The notes: generated by a model from the sequence alone, not told the origin. Counted from the first letter of the stretch, positions 23,301-35,226 are shown. The stretch: DNA of 38,386 nucleotides from Guillardia theta CCMP2712 (GCF_000315625.1 NW_005434450.1:28891-67276), one strand, 5' to 3'. Numbers and translations: made by a program.

Positions 23301-25210
23301 AAGATTTCTGTTTCTCGAAACTGCGGAAAAAGTGACAGCTCGAATCAAACGAGCATCATGCATCATATTTGTAAATAAGTGAAAAGCTCTGTACAACAAT
23401 TTTCCAAACCCTTTCTTCAATAGCCACAAGACCCTATCTCTTGTGCCCAAGACGTATTTCCAACTAGCCAACACTTCAATACATTTGCTTCTGTTTGTCA
23501 AGAACTTCTTGTCTACTTTCAGATCCAGGGTGTCTCCGCATGCCTTCTTGTATCGAGACTGAAGAACAATGCTCGCTTTCCGTAACAAATGAGTATTGTG
23601 TTTTGTATACGCGTACCAAAGTTCGAAATGGTGCTGTTTCATTCGAAAATAACTCTTGAGTGATCTTGTTTGGTACATTTTCGATTTCCATCTCCTTTTT
23701 CCTGCGCCTTTGAACAGATGGAAGAAATAACGTGATAGAAGGTGAGAATTTTTGCAAAGAGAGTCTTGTTTCAAAATGTTTATACTGTCTGTTGAGTTTC
23801 TTTTGAACCTCAGTGCTCGAATGTTTACCATCATTCCAGTGACCCAGAAAACTAAACATCAATGACTTGGTATATGTGTCCTCTACACGACATACCATGC
23901 CTCTTTTGGAGCTCATGGTTTGCATATACATAATCCATACTGATAGGCATTCTACCTGCCTTCGATGAATGGATTGCTCCCAAATTTGAAGAAATTTCTT
24001 GTGGTAATAATTTTGATCCGAGCAATAATGGATCCATTTTTGCATGTGAAATCGCAAACAAGTATATGTCCTGTCAACGAAAAGTTGTCCAACTTTGGCT
24101 CGCTTCAGTTTGTGAACACTCAAAGTATGTTTCCAGTCTCGGAGGTACGATAGAATGCGAAGAGATTCCCAACTTGCAATGATACGGCTCTGACGTTGAC
24201 GAAGTATCGTCACTCTTGATCTATGTGCATCAAGTATTCTGAAACATCTGCGTAATGATTTGATTCTGGATTGCATAAAAACATAGCTACATTTTTGTGA
24301 CCTTTGGCCCACAATCATCCCATGCTTGGCACTCCAAAGTGAAAAATACAAGGAATTGTAATTTTTTGATAATTGATTTGACAATTCTTTTCTTAAGTTG
24401 ACTCGCTCTTCATTGTTTGCAATATGATTCCATTGCAGGAATGAATTCACTAGAATGACCATTGCTGTCATGTCTTTCAATCTACCAGGTTGAACTTTCC
24501 ATTGACACTTTTTCAGTAAGAAATTATGGATTCTCGTGTGCAGGACCTTGTGTCTGTGCGCAATCTCGGCCCAGGAGAACAGGTAATGCTTTGCCCTCTT
24601 ACGATTTGTATGCACCAGTTTTCGATAGGACCGATGTATACATACTTGCATAAGATGTTGCGTTGCGAATTCAACCCAAAGTTTGAAATCTGAGGAGCGG
24701 TCAGCACCAAACACTAACACTTTTGATATCGCTCACATGTTCTTGTCCTGTTGCGTATTGCCCTTCGCAATGCAATACCCTCCAGGACCTGCAACATGTG
24801 AGTTCACACATACTTTTCTCTTCCCTTTGAGATGTCTGAGATCGTTGTAACCACCATAAGGATCCCCATTCAATGCTCGATCACATCCATAAGCATGCAA
24901 TTCTTTGCTCTTCAATGATTCCATCTCACATTCCTCATTCCATTCCTCCGAAACCTCTTATTTTCATTTGTTCTCTCATAATACTGATGTCAGATATCTT
25001 CATGTCGTTCTAGTCCTCAACTCTTTCTCTTGCTCGAACTGCCTCCAAGTCCCTTCCTGTGTTCCCTCCCGCGTACCCTTGCACGTTTCTGCGCACAAGT
25101 CTCGTCTATCTTTGCTAACATGTTCTCGAATTCCTTTCTTCCTGTCTCTGCATTTCATTTCCGCTCTTGTCTTACCTTCTTCATCGCTCGCTCCCAACTT
25201 CGCTCCATTT
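14332..25210 (-). CDS. Giant Sfi1-like (centrin-binding repeat) protein, >3000 aa
   Basis: ORFs 24720-23476, 23834-21906, 21972-20284 and 20154-14332 all show Arg-rich helical segments ending in (L/F)xxW about every 30-35 aa (TQRAVLCHW, MEKAMAAW, QLYTRFHRW, LICSTFNNW). They can be joined by introns at 24736-24691 and 23828-23789, a 2-nt indel near 21972-21983 and a gap at 20181-20280. The start position is approximate. Confidence 0.75.
14613..22649. repeat. Intragenic tandem array of ~4.6 near-identical units alternating 1836 and 1623 bp
   Basis: Landmark offsets: 14877->16713 = 1836, ->18336 = 1623, ->20172 = 1836. 19628->21284 = 1623+33, the excess coming from the gap. 20896->22521 = 1623+2. 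Confidence 0.97.
20181..20280. other. Assembly gap (100 N) inside the repeat array
   Basis: Run of exactly 100 N, whereas the repeat register predicts about 67 nt plus any whole number of missing units. Confidence 1.
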
Positions 25211-25229
25211 TCCTCCTTCCGCCCGTTAC

Positions 25230-26060
25230 TATTGGACCCACAACCCCAACTTTGTCTACCCCCACCCTGATGCTTCCCGTCTTTCTACCCACCTTCTGAT
25301 ATTAAAAGTCTCCCTCCATCACTACCCCTACCCCTCTGTTGATAGCATTCCACAAACTCTACTCTGATCACGACTACGAAGGCTCAGTTCAGACCCCCAC
25401 CCTTGGTGCCTTCGGACCCCAGGCTACCCTTGCCAATGACCCCTACCTCCCCAGACCGTACAGACTTAATTTCCCTAAGGAGAGGGGGTGAACTCAGGGT
25501 ACGGTGGGCGGATCGCGAGCCTGCACTGACCTGCTGGGCCAGGGGGTGGTGAGGTAGTAGTCAACGCCATGTTACATAGTCATTGGTAAAGGTGCCCCCC
25601 TTCTGGTGGGTACAGGGGGTGGGTACTGGCGGTTACACCCCACTGTGCCCATGCTCAGGGAGGACTCCGGGACCCCTGGTCACTACCGCAAGTCACGGGG
25701 TCACTCCCCGGAACAACAGTCGAGGGGGGTGGTTGGCTCGGCCGGCGCACGGTGTGGCCTCAGTGGCCCGACCGGCTGGGGCCCCGGCCGGGTCACCGGG
25801 CCGGGTCCGATCACTCACTGTCTGAGTCCACGTATCAATCAGGTGTGCTAAGCCTCCTCCCTCCCCGAACAAGCTATAGACCCACCCCCACCCTCTCACA
25901 TGAGTATCCACCCCTATCGACTATTTTGGTTCATGTACCCTCATTAGGGACTCATATTACAATGCCAAGTACCGGTGTACTAAATACCCCACCCATATTG
26001 AAATACTGCAACATCACCCCACCCCACCCTGCGTCCCCTCGAATCTCTCGAACCCCCCCC
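25230..26060. promoter_or_regulatory. Intergenic control-like region: ACCCC tracts flanking a GGGTAC-rich stretch and a short GC island (25690-25830)
   Basis: Same word classes as the other intergenic regions. It lies between the divergent Sfi1-like and DUF1279 genes. Confidence 0.4.
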
Positions 26061-26967
26061 CCCCTCCCCTCCCTCCCTCCTCCCTCCTCCCTCCTCTCTC
26101 CTCCCTTCTCTCTAATTCCCTTCTCCCCCTTCTCCTCCTTTCTTATCCCTTCTCCTCGTCCCATGCGATCTTTGTCGTGAAATCTTTCACAAACACGCAT
26201 CTTCATTCATATCCTTCATTTCTCATGCTACATCAAACTCGCATACAATAACAACTCCCTCTTGCCCTCTCTCTTGATAAATTTCTCTTGGATATTCTCT
26301 GGCATTTATTCGTAACCAAGTAACAGTCTCAACCCTCTCTAGCTGTTTTAGCTCACGTTTGTTCGTAAAACATTCCCCCGCTTGCTATGTCTGTCTTCCT
26401 GTGCTTCCAAGAAGACAAGAGTCCTCAAAGTTTTCCTAGTTTTATTCTGCACGCCCTGGAAGTACTCTTTGAAAGCTTGAATGGAACCGGCAAGTCTTGA
26501 GCGTGAACTAAGGCTTCAGGGCTTGTTCAAGTCCTGGTTGTCCTTTTGGCTTCTACTGCTTTATTCTTCCTGTTTGTTTCGAATTATCCAAAGGCAAAGT
26601 TTCACGATATTTCATGTCATCCACTACCTTGCGCTGTGTCTGCTTGCCTGTCCCTTCCTTTCCTCGATGGTCAACGATTCATAGGACCGACGACTAGAAC
26701 ATTTGCTTGCATAGGACATTATGGCTATGCTGTATCTTGTGCAGATTCGTTCACCAGTCTTCCACTACTTGGTGTTTCATTTGCTATCTCCCAAGCCTTG
26801 CAGCTGCTCAACGTGTAGAGTATGTGCGATCTGATTTTTTTTTCCTTCTGGATCTTGTGTAGGACAGAGATGAGAGAAGAAACAATCACAGTCACTTGCG
26901 ATCACAAATCTTTTCCTCTCTCCTACCCAACAGCTCGTTCGTCTGCTTGAGCTAACCCTTGCTGCAG

Positions 26968-27873
26968 GAGCTGCATATTCAGCGTGCGCGTGTGATGGCG
27001 GGGTCTGTGATGATGCAGCCGTACCTGCTCGCCGGTCTGGAGATGTCAGTGGCCTCTCGGATCCGGATGCTTCGATCGTCAAGAATCACTCTACAGAATC
27101 TTCAGCATTTGTCAGAGGACAAGGACAGTGTGCTACGGCTGCCTGTCTGTCAGACGACCCTTGGACGGGCGATCATGCGAGGGAAGGCGAAGCTGCAGCA
27201 GCGCTTGTCGCAGGACTGTAAGATGCTGCGGGTCCCCAACCTCTATCCCCTCCACTTCCTCAAACGGGCTCGTCAGAACATGCTCAACAAGATGAAGCTC
27301 AATTCTAAGATCCTTGCTGCAAGCTCAACACATACCCACAGGCGCAGGCAGACTGTAGAGGACAGCAGCAGCAGAGGGATCTTCTCGCTGGCCGCCAAGT
27401 TGAAAGACGTTATGGCCGAGTACGGCAGGCTTGCCGCTGCCTTCCACCTCAGCGGTCTTGTGCTTACCACGGGGATCTTCTACACGGGCCTTTACATGGG
27501 TGTGGTGGACTTGGAGCCTTGGTTCGACAAACTTCCCAGCCAGCTCGCCGAGGGAGTGAAGAACGGGTCAGGAAACCTTGCCGCAGCATTCGTGTTAGCA
27601 GAGTGTACAGCTCCCCTGAGGTAGACCCTCATCCTCCTCCTCTCCTCCTCCCTGACCTTGCCCCTTCCACTGGTCACTACCTCTTTACATTTGTCTCACT
27701 TCCCCACTTCATCTGAACGTTTCCTTCCCTCCTCTCCCTCCTTGTCCACCTTCTCGTCCCCCTCCCACTTGCTGACTTGGGCCAGGTACGGCTTGACAAT
27801 CGCCGTTGTCCCGAGGATTGCTCCCTGGGTGCGCAACCATTCCTTTGCGCGTCGAATCTTCGGGCTCAAGTAA
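26968..27873 (+). CDS. DUF1279 / FAM210-like membrane protein
   Basis: An exon ending at 27620 plus exon 27786-27873 gives KLKDVMAEYGRLAAAFHLSGLVLTTGIFYTGLYMGV...GNLAAAFVLAECTAPLR|YGLTIAVVPRIAPWVR...*. This matches the DUF1279 pattern LK...YG...H...PxRxxLT...P. The N-terminus is basic; the start is uncertain. Confidence 0.85.
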
Positions 27874-28034
27874 TTGGAGCCAGTGTGAGGTGTGAGCCAT
27901 GTACTTGTATAGTTTGCGGAATACTTGTGTTTGCAAAGATATTCTTTACTCTTGTTGAAATGAAAAATCAAACGTAGCGCGGACTTACTTTGCACTGCGA
28001 CAAGAGTCAGCTAGATGCCAGAAAGCGGCTCGAA

Positions 28035-29662
28035 CTACCGGGTAGACATGTAGAAGACGATGGCGCAGGAACCAGCCGAGCTTGCGGCGTAGTTGATGAC
28101 AGGGGACGATGATCTGCGAAGGAGATAAGAACACGGAGGGAGGAGAGCACTTTAGCTTCACCTCAAGATGAAAAATGCGAGGCCCATGAAGACGATGAGG
28201 AAGAGTGAGTTGGTGCTGGAGAGAGCGAGGGAAAGAGCCTGTTCGAATCACAACTCAGCTGTCGAGACACACGGTACTAGGGCAGTATCGTCACCTCCCA
28301 GTTGATCTCGGACCTCTTCCTCTCAGCCTCCTGTGGCAGGTAGTGTCAATTCCGAACCCACCGACACTCTCTTTTGCTTGCCTTGAGCTTGTTCTTCGTC
28401 CTCTCATCCATCTCACCCTTCTGCTTCAGCCTGGCAGTGGATTCAAGCTCGATGCCGCGGCTCTTGATCAGTCTGCAAGGACAAGGTGAGGAAGTCCTCT
28501 CGGTACCAACATGAAGGATCAGCGATCATGCCAAGCACAAAGAACGCTGTGACAAGAAGAGCGCCAAGGACAAGGCGGAAAATCAAAAATCATGAAGGGG
28601 TACAGCATACTGAAGGGCAATGAGAATGTGAGGAGCGACAAACCTGTCGCGCAGCTTCTTGAGACGGTTCTGGCAGGCAAGCGCAAGGACGAGGACGGAG
28701 AGGACCCCAACACTTGCGAACACTGGCAGATTGTCCATGACATTGACCTCAAAGATGGCAGAGAGCAAGTCTGCAACAGGATCAGGAGTAGAGTCACAAC
28801 AGCAAGAGGGCCCAGACACGAAACAAGAGGAAGGAGGGACACCAGGAGGGAGAGAAGGATGGAGAGGGATGAACTACATCACAACACGTTCCAACACGTT
28901 CAAGTCCATCAAGTTCACCATGAGACATAGGAGCGCCCTCTACACATCAGAATCCTTTGGTCTATACAAACTCGAAAGACCATATCTACTTCCAGTGGTT
29001 GTGACAGTTTCATGTTCACAAGCCAAGACACATACACCACGACTCTAGCACCTTGACGGTTCTCATAATCGTTCATCCATCCTTACCCATCCTTATCGGA
29101 TGTTTCCTATTCCAACATCCAATGGGGACCAGCCTGAATCATTTTCTGCTTCTAGTCCTCTACACTCCTCTCTCCTCTTCCCTGCCTCTCTTCCCCGTTC
29201 ACCCTTGCCCTCCTCTGCCCATATCTGCTCTTGTCTTCTCGAATCCCACAACATTTAAAGGCAAGGTAGCAGGAATTCTACATCTCAGCTTGCACGCACA
29301 TCAATGTCGTCACCTTTGTATCTACTATCCACTTTCACTTTCATGACGTGAGAACCCTCCACTTCACTCCTTCATCTCTTCTAACTCCATCACAAGCAAA
29401 CAACAACAAAGCCCACATCCACCATCACCACCACCACCACCACTATCATCATCGTCTCCATCATCGTCGCCTCCACTCACTGCCACCTCCTCAACAGCCA
29501 CAACCGTCACCTCCTCCTCCTTCACCTCCTCCTCCGCATATACTCACACACAGGTCCAGTGGCCAGTGCAAGGACGTCCATCATCATGAGAGTCGCCAGG
29601 CTCATCGTCACGCGCTCGTCCGCCTTCACGTCCAAATCCTCCCATTCTTCTTTCCTCCCCAT
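28035..29662 (-). CDS. SSR3: Translocon-associated protein subunit gamma (TRAP-gamma)
   Basis: Exons 29662-29548, 28770-28644, 28472-28382 (GC donor), 28330-28295, 28238-28162 and 28113-28035 are in phase: MGRKEEWEDL...GPVYLLSAIFEVNVMDNLPVFASVGVLSVLVLALACQNRLKKLRDRLIKSR...EAERKRSEINWEALSLALSSTNSLFLIVFMGLAFFILRSSSPVINYAASSAGSCAIVFYMSTR*. It has the 4-TM layout and the C-terminal N-x-LFL...FFIL...P..NY..S signature of SSR3. Confidence 0.88.
29415..29535. repeat. (CAC/CAT/CCT)n trinucleotide low-complexity tract in SSR3 intron 1
   Basis: Directly visible. Confidence 0.8.
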
Positions 29663-29679
29663 CGTCGCTGCCGAAGTGG

Positions 29680-30040
29680 TACCCTACCCCTCCTTCCTCA
29701 CTAAAAACTACCCCTCATGTATAACCCCACCCGGTCGAAATGCTCGAACACTTCTTACTACCCCCAAGACACCAACATGTACCCACCCCTTTTTCGACAA
29801 TTATTTGAAATGACCCTACCCACTATCAGTCACCTCCGTCTTGATTCCATATACTTTTTCTGTCTATCACCCCCAATTTTGATCAACCCACCCATCTGAA
29901 TCCCTCAACCTTACCACCCCCACCTCATCAGTTCGCATACCCCACCCACTCTTTTCTTCTTAGATCTGTGCACGAGGCCATTCCGGCAAAAAAACGTTAC
30001 CATATCGTTACGAGCGTTATAAAACGTTTGAACGTAACTG
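29680..30040. promoter_or_regulatory. SSR3/DUF2256 divergent promoter region: ACCCC tract plus phased CGTTAC cluster
   Basis: C-rich words at 29680-29950. CGTTAC-like words start at 29995, 30006, 30015, 30025 and 30033. Confidence 0.45.
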
Positions 30041-30253
30041 ATTGAGCGGGGATGGGGCCCCATCCCCGGTGCGCCTTGTATGGTGAGGGAGGAAAGGAAA
30101 CGATGGAGGGGAGGGAGGGGGAGGAAGAGGGGAGGGAGGGTGGGGGAGGAAGAGGGGGGGGAGGGAGGGAGGGGAAGGGAAGGAGAAGTAGGAAGAGACG
30201 AGTAAGGAAGAAGGCGGTTTGAAGGAGATCATCTCACACCTGTGATCGTACAG

Positions 30254-30487
30254 ATGTCGTCGGTGGCGGGGAAGATTTGGGATCGAGGAGGTTGGAAGGA
30301 ATGGAAGCCATGCAGGATGTGTAAACGACCGATGACATGGCGGACGTCATGGGAGAAGAACTGGGATGAAGTAAAATATTGTAGTGACAAGTGTAGGTGA
30401 TGCACATGCACTGCCATTCTCTGTCTCGAGCTGAAGTCTTTGTATTCCAGAGCACAAGCGAAACGCGAGAAGAAAGTGGAGTTGTGA
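30254..30487 (+). CDS. DUF2256-family small Cys4 protein
   Basis: Exons 30254-30396 and 30451-30487: MSSVAGKIWDRGGWKEWKPCRMCKRPMTWRTSWEKNWDEVKYCSDKCR|AQAKREKKVEL*. Contains the motif KxCxxCxRPxTWRxxWxxxWDEVKYCSxxCR. A possible ATG-only upstream exon lies at 30080-30082. Confidence 0.92.
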
Positions 30488-30517
30488 GATAGGGGTGGCT
30501 GTAGCTGTATGTGACTG

Positions 30518-32162
30518 TTAACATCTGAGAAGAGTGAAGGATTCAAGACTCGATGCCAATCTGCCTCCTTGTGGGTCATCTTCCTCCTCTCCACCTTCAA
30601 TCGCAAAATCGACTTGTCCCTGTTTTGCAGGCACAAACCAGATGTCAGGCGCTCACGTGGGAGGAGCGTCTCTTCGGAGATAGTTTCTCCATCCTAGCAC
30701 CAGCGTCACTTGAATGAGAGCATGCGAGGAACGCGTGAGAGCATGCGAGGAATGCGGTCCCACCGTTGGAGTCACGGCCCTGAGGTGAGAATGCCATGAT
30801 GCGAGCTGAGACCTGTCGGGAGGGTCAGGGCAGCCTTGACCCCCGACCGTCACCTGCTCCACCAGCATGATGACTGCTGCCCCCAGCAGACGAATCTCTT
30901 TGATGTGCGGGAAAGATTCCATGCTCGCCGGGAGATTACGGTACCTGAGCAGGACAGCTTGACGTAAGCTGCGGTCGTTGAGCTCAGAGAGCATGGGAGC
31001 ACCTGACGTTGTAGTAGAAGACGGCGATCAGGTAAAGGCCCACCGCCACCAACACCCAGAAGAAGATGGGAAGAAACGTAGATGGCTGCGACAAACTTGT
31101 GTCACGAGCACTTCACAACCAGGGCATGTGAACCTTCCGAGGGCAAGCATAACCTGTCCGCCATCGGACCACGAACTCGCAATCACCGTACACGGCGATC
31201 GGCCTTCCTACGCTCAGCTGCCATGATCCATTCAATACGACGCCATGAGACATTGAACTTGCCGTGCGATCGCATTCGAAATGGAATGAGATGGATCTTG
31301 AGGTTTTCCCGTCGCATCTATCATCTCTTGAGGACACGCACACAAGGTACACACGCTGCTACTCACCTTGATCCTCCTCCGTAGTCCAACTTCACCCCGC
31401 GGGACGGCCGTCTGTCAGGATCTCAGTGGGAAGGGGGTTCGGGTACTTTGCACCGAGGGTCCAGCAACGACCACCGCGCTCTTGACGCGTCTCCCATCTT
31501 GTAACAGACGCCATCGGCTGTCTGGAACAAGGTCACCCCCTCCCTCAACTCCCTTGAGAGGCACTTGATATCCGATGCCGCGCGGGATCTTGGATGGATC
31601 CTTGTACAGCGCTATGCACTCGTCGGGGAGATTCATGGTATTCCGACAAATGTTAAAGAAGAAGACCTCGTCTCCTCTCGTCAACGAGTAGTCTCTGCTC
31701 CGACATGAGTAGATGCATGAGAGCAGGGCGAGGACTCGCCTGCAGTGTCTGGTGGTGCATTTCTCGTTGGAGTTCTGCAGTTGGCTCAGATCCCAGTCGT
31801 AAACATTTCCGGTGGATTTGCTGTGGTGCTCGAAGACGCAGGGATGGCTGGACATGCTCTCTTCAACCTGTGCATCCTTGCAATCACTAACCTTCCTCCC
31901 ATACTCAAAACAACGACCTCCTGAAGTTGGAACGCTATGCTGTAGTAGCCGACGAACCCTATGACAGCGAGGAGAATGACGAACACGAAGAACGTCGCAA
32001 ACTCTGGCCTGTGTGGACGCAGAAGACAAGATCAGGTGCCTGCACGACCTTGCAGAGGAACAAGAAGGCTCACCTCTCTCTGAGCCTCGATTGAAAGCTT
32101 CCTCCTGCCGCAACCACGTCACTTTGGGTCTCATTCCACAGGAAGTTTCCGTCACCCAACAT
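30518..32162 (-). CDS. Mannose-6-phosphate-receptor-homology (MRH) protein, CD-MPR/ATG27-like
   Basis: The spliced product has GNVYDWDLSQL, FFFNICR, CYKMGD, CDGKTSRSISFHFECD and DCEFVVRWRTGYACP. These are followed by TM IFFWVLVAVGLYLIAVFYYNVR, then MESFPHIKEI and the tail GQVDFAIEGGEEEDD...LESFTLLRC* (TAA 30520-30518). Confidence 0.82.
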
Positions 32163-32324
32163 GCTTCCTCGGCTCCCGGACGAGCGTGGGAGAGGCGGGA
32201 AGGGAGAGCAGCAGAGGTCTTGCGGTCTCTCTCAGACTGTCGATGGTCTCCTCCTCCTCTCCTCTCCTCCTCACTCGTCGACCCCTCTCCATCTCGTCGC
32301 TCCATGCATCATGACGCAACCAGA

Positions 32325-33370
<1,046 letters not shown>

Positions 33371-33993
33371 CTGCAGAGCTGGGAGGCGAAGCTCATCGAT
33401 CTCTTTCACTCTCACGCCCCCATAGCAGACCTGACAGGCATGAGGCTGCGCTTTGACGGTGCGAGGGTCCCTCTTGCCTTGCGGCATGCTGACGTTCCAG
33501 TCAAGCAGGGGAGGAAACGGTCGTGGAGCTCCCGTACAACAACAAGCTGGACTCTTCTCCCCGGCCAGGGAGATTGGTAAGGTGGCCATCATATCAGATT
33601 CTCCGCTGCTCACTGTCACTGACAGCTCGGAAGCACTCATGGAGGGGTATACTGCCTCCTTGCTGACACAGCCGGATGGTTTGCAAGCGCAAGGGGCCGA
33701 GAAGGCGGTTGGCCGCTCACGACGACGTTGAGCTGTCACTTCGTTAAGGTGAGCTTTAATCACAAGCCCCTTCCCTCACGATCCTCAGTCGAGCAAGGAG
33801 AAAGACATCGCTGCTCGGGCTCGAGTCGTTCAGTCCTCTCCACGTCAGGTCAGCCTCTCCTCCCTCCTCCCTCCTTAGGCCTGACAAGTGACATGGATGG
33901 CAGGACATCTGCGAGGTGCGCATAGTGGACAAAGAGGGTCTGGATCTAGCTTACGTCACAGCCGTCTTTGCTGTCGCAGCTCGGAAGGGATGA
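33371..33993 (+). CDS. PaaI-family hotdog-fold thioesterase (C-terminal exons)
   Basis: Spliced: LFHSHAPIADLTGMRLRFD|AGEETVVELPYNNKLD...|LGSTHGGVYCLLADTAGWFASA...LTTTLSCHFVK|SSKEKDIAARARVVQSSPRQ|DICEVRIVDKEGLDLAYVTAVFAVAARKG*. Contains the GxxHGG...LAD motif. Confidence 0.87.
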
Positions 33994-34040
33994 TTGGACA
34001 GATCAAGTTCTTCATGGAGATGACGCACTTCATGCAAGAG

Positions 34041-34435
34041 CTACACCGGAAGCTCGCGCTGGTGCTTGAAATAATTCATGGAGAGCCCCATGAGCGCGAA
34101 TCTGCCAAGAGCGGTCAAGACAGACAAGGCCGACAAGCAAGCACTGACATGAGGCTTGAAGCAATCTGTTTCAGGTCGACCTCAGATTTCTTGACGTTGG
34201 CAACAGAAGAGAGACAAGCATACAGCGCTAGCCAGGAACAAATCTTATACTGGAAGTTGAGGCCCACGTGAGAACAGAACAGAGAGTGTTCAAAGCTGTT
34301 GACCTTAAGCAGAAGTCCAAGTAAACCAAAGAGAAGAGACAGAAGAGCCATGTAGTCTGGAGGAAGTTCCTCTTGAGGGATGGGAGGAGGTGGAGTATAA
34401 GGCCGGACAAGATCCGGTCTCTTGGCACCCTGCAT
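34041..34435 (-). CDS. WDR83OS: Asterix / PAT10 (UPF0139), PAT intramembrane chaperone subunit
   Basis: Exons 34435-34304, 34249-34149 and 34101-34041: MQGAKRPDLVRPYTPPP...PPDYMALLSLLFGLLGLLLK|YKICSWLALYACLSSVANVKKSEVDLKQIASSLI|FALMGLSMNYFKHQRELPV*. Confidence 0.95.
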
Positions 34436-34894
34436 ATTGCTTCCAGTGCTCCAACCCTGCAGTCAAAAGAACTTGAGAAGAGAAAACTATATCGCTGATG
34501 GTGATGGTGATGGTGATGGTGGTGGTGGTGGTGATGATGTTGTAGTGATGGTGTTTTTGTTGACGATGATGAGGTGCAAGTTGAAGCAGAAGAAACGAAG
34601 GCAGCTGGAGACAAGCTCATGCAGACAAAATGACTAGGAAGGGTAGCGATTGGAGACCTCAAAAGGAACGAATGAAAGAAATCATGTGGATGTTGAAATA
34701 TCGGATACAACACAAACAAAATTTGATGCAAACACACTATGCTAATCCCTTCCTCGCTTCCACACATCATCTTTTCTTCCCTCAAGGATTCTCTCTTGTT
34801 AAATTGTGCACCTGAATCTACTCCTCCTCGTCTTCCTCTTGATCCAATGCTCCATATTCTTCTGGTACTCTTCCACCCAACTATCAATTGCCTC

Positions 34895-34993
34895 ATCCTG
34901 CTCATCCTGCTGCTGCTGCTGCTGCTGCTGCTCCTGCTCCTGCTCCTGCTCCTGCTGCTCCTGCTGCTCCTGCTGCTGCTCCTGCTCCTGCTC
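34895..34993. repeat. (CTG)n/(CTCCTG)n microsatellite
   Basis: Directly visible. It produces spurious poly-L, poly-A and poly-S ORFs. Confidence 0.93.
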
Positions 34994-35088
34994 TTACGCT
35001 CCTGCACAATGTGTGGGATAACCGTTACACGAACGTTGCGTATTCTATGTATCCGTTACAGATCGTTACAGTGCCTCAAACCCATAAC

Positions 35089-35226
35089 NNNNNNNNNNNN
35101 NNNNNNNNNNNNNNNNNNNNNNNNNNNNNNNNNNNNNNNNNNNNNNNNNNNNNNNNNNNNNNNNNNNNNNNNNNNNNNNNNNNNNNNNNNNNNNNNNNNN
35201 NNNNNNNNNNNNNNNNNNNNNNNNNN
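35089..35226. other. Assembly gap
   Basis: Run of N. Confidence 1.

Noticed and set aside
23789-23834. Apparent programmed frameshift between ORFs 24720-23476 and 23834-21906
   Set aside because: A 40-nt GT-AG intron (23828-23789, GTAAAC...CAACAG, length 3n+1) restores the frame.
26380-26900. Possible small membrane-protein gene or extra DUF1279 5' exons
   Set aside because: Hydrophobic fragments and splice-like sites exist, but I could not build a phase-consistent model on either strand.
28205-29048. Plus-strand ORFs of 94-129 aa
   Set aside because: Antisense to the SSR3 exons and introns.
30715-30756. 21-bp direct duplication (tgagagcatgcgaggaa twice)
   Set aside because: Only two copies, apparently intronic; ordinary slippage.
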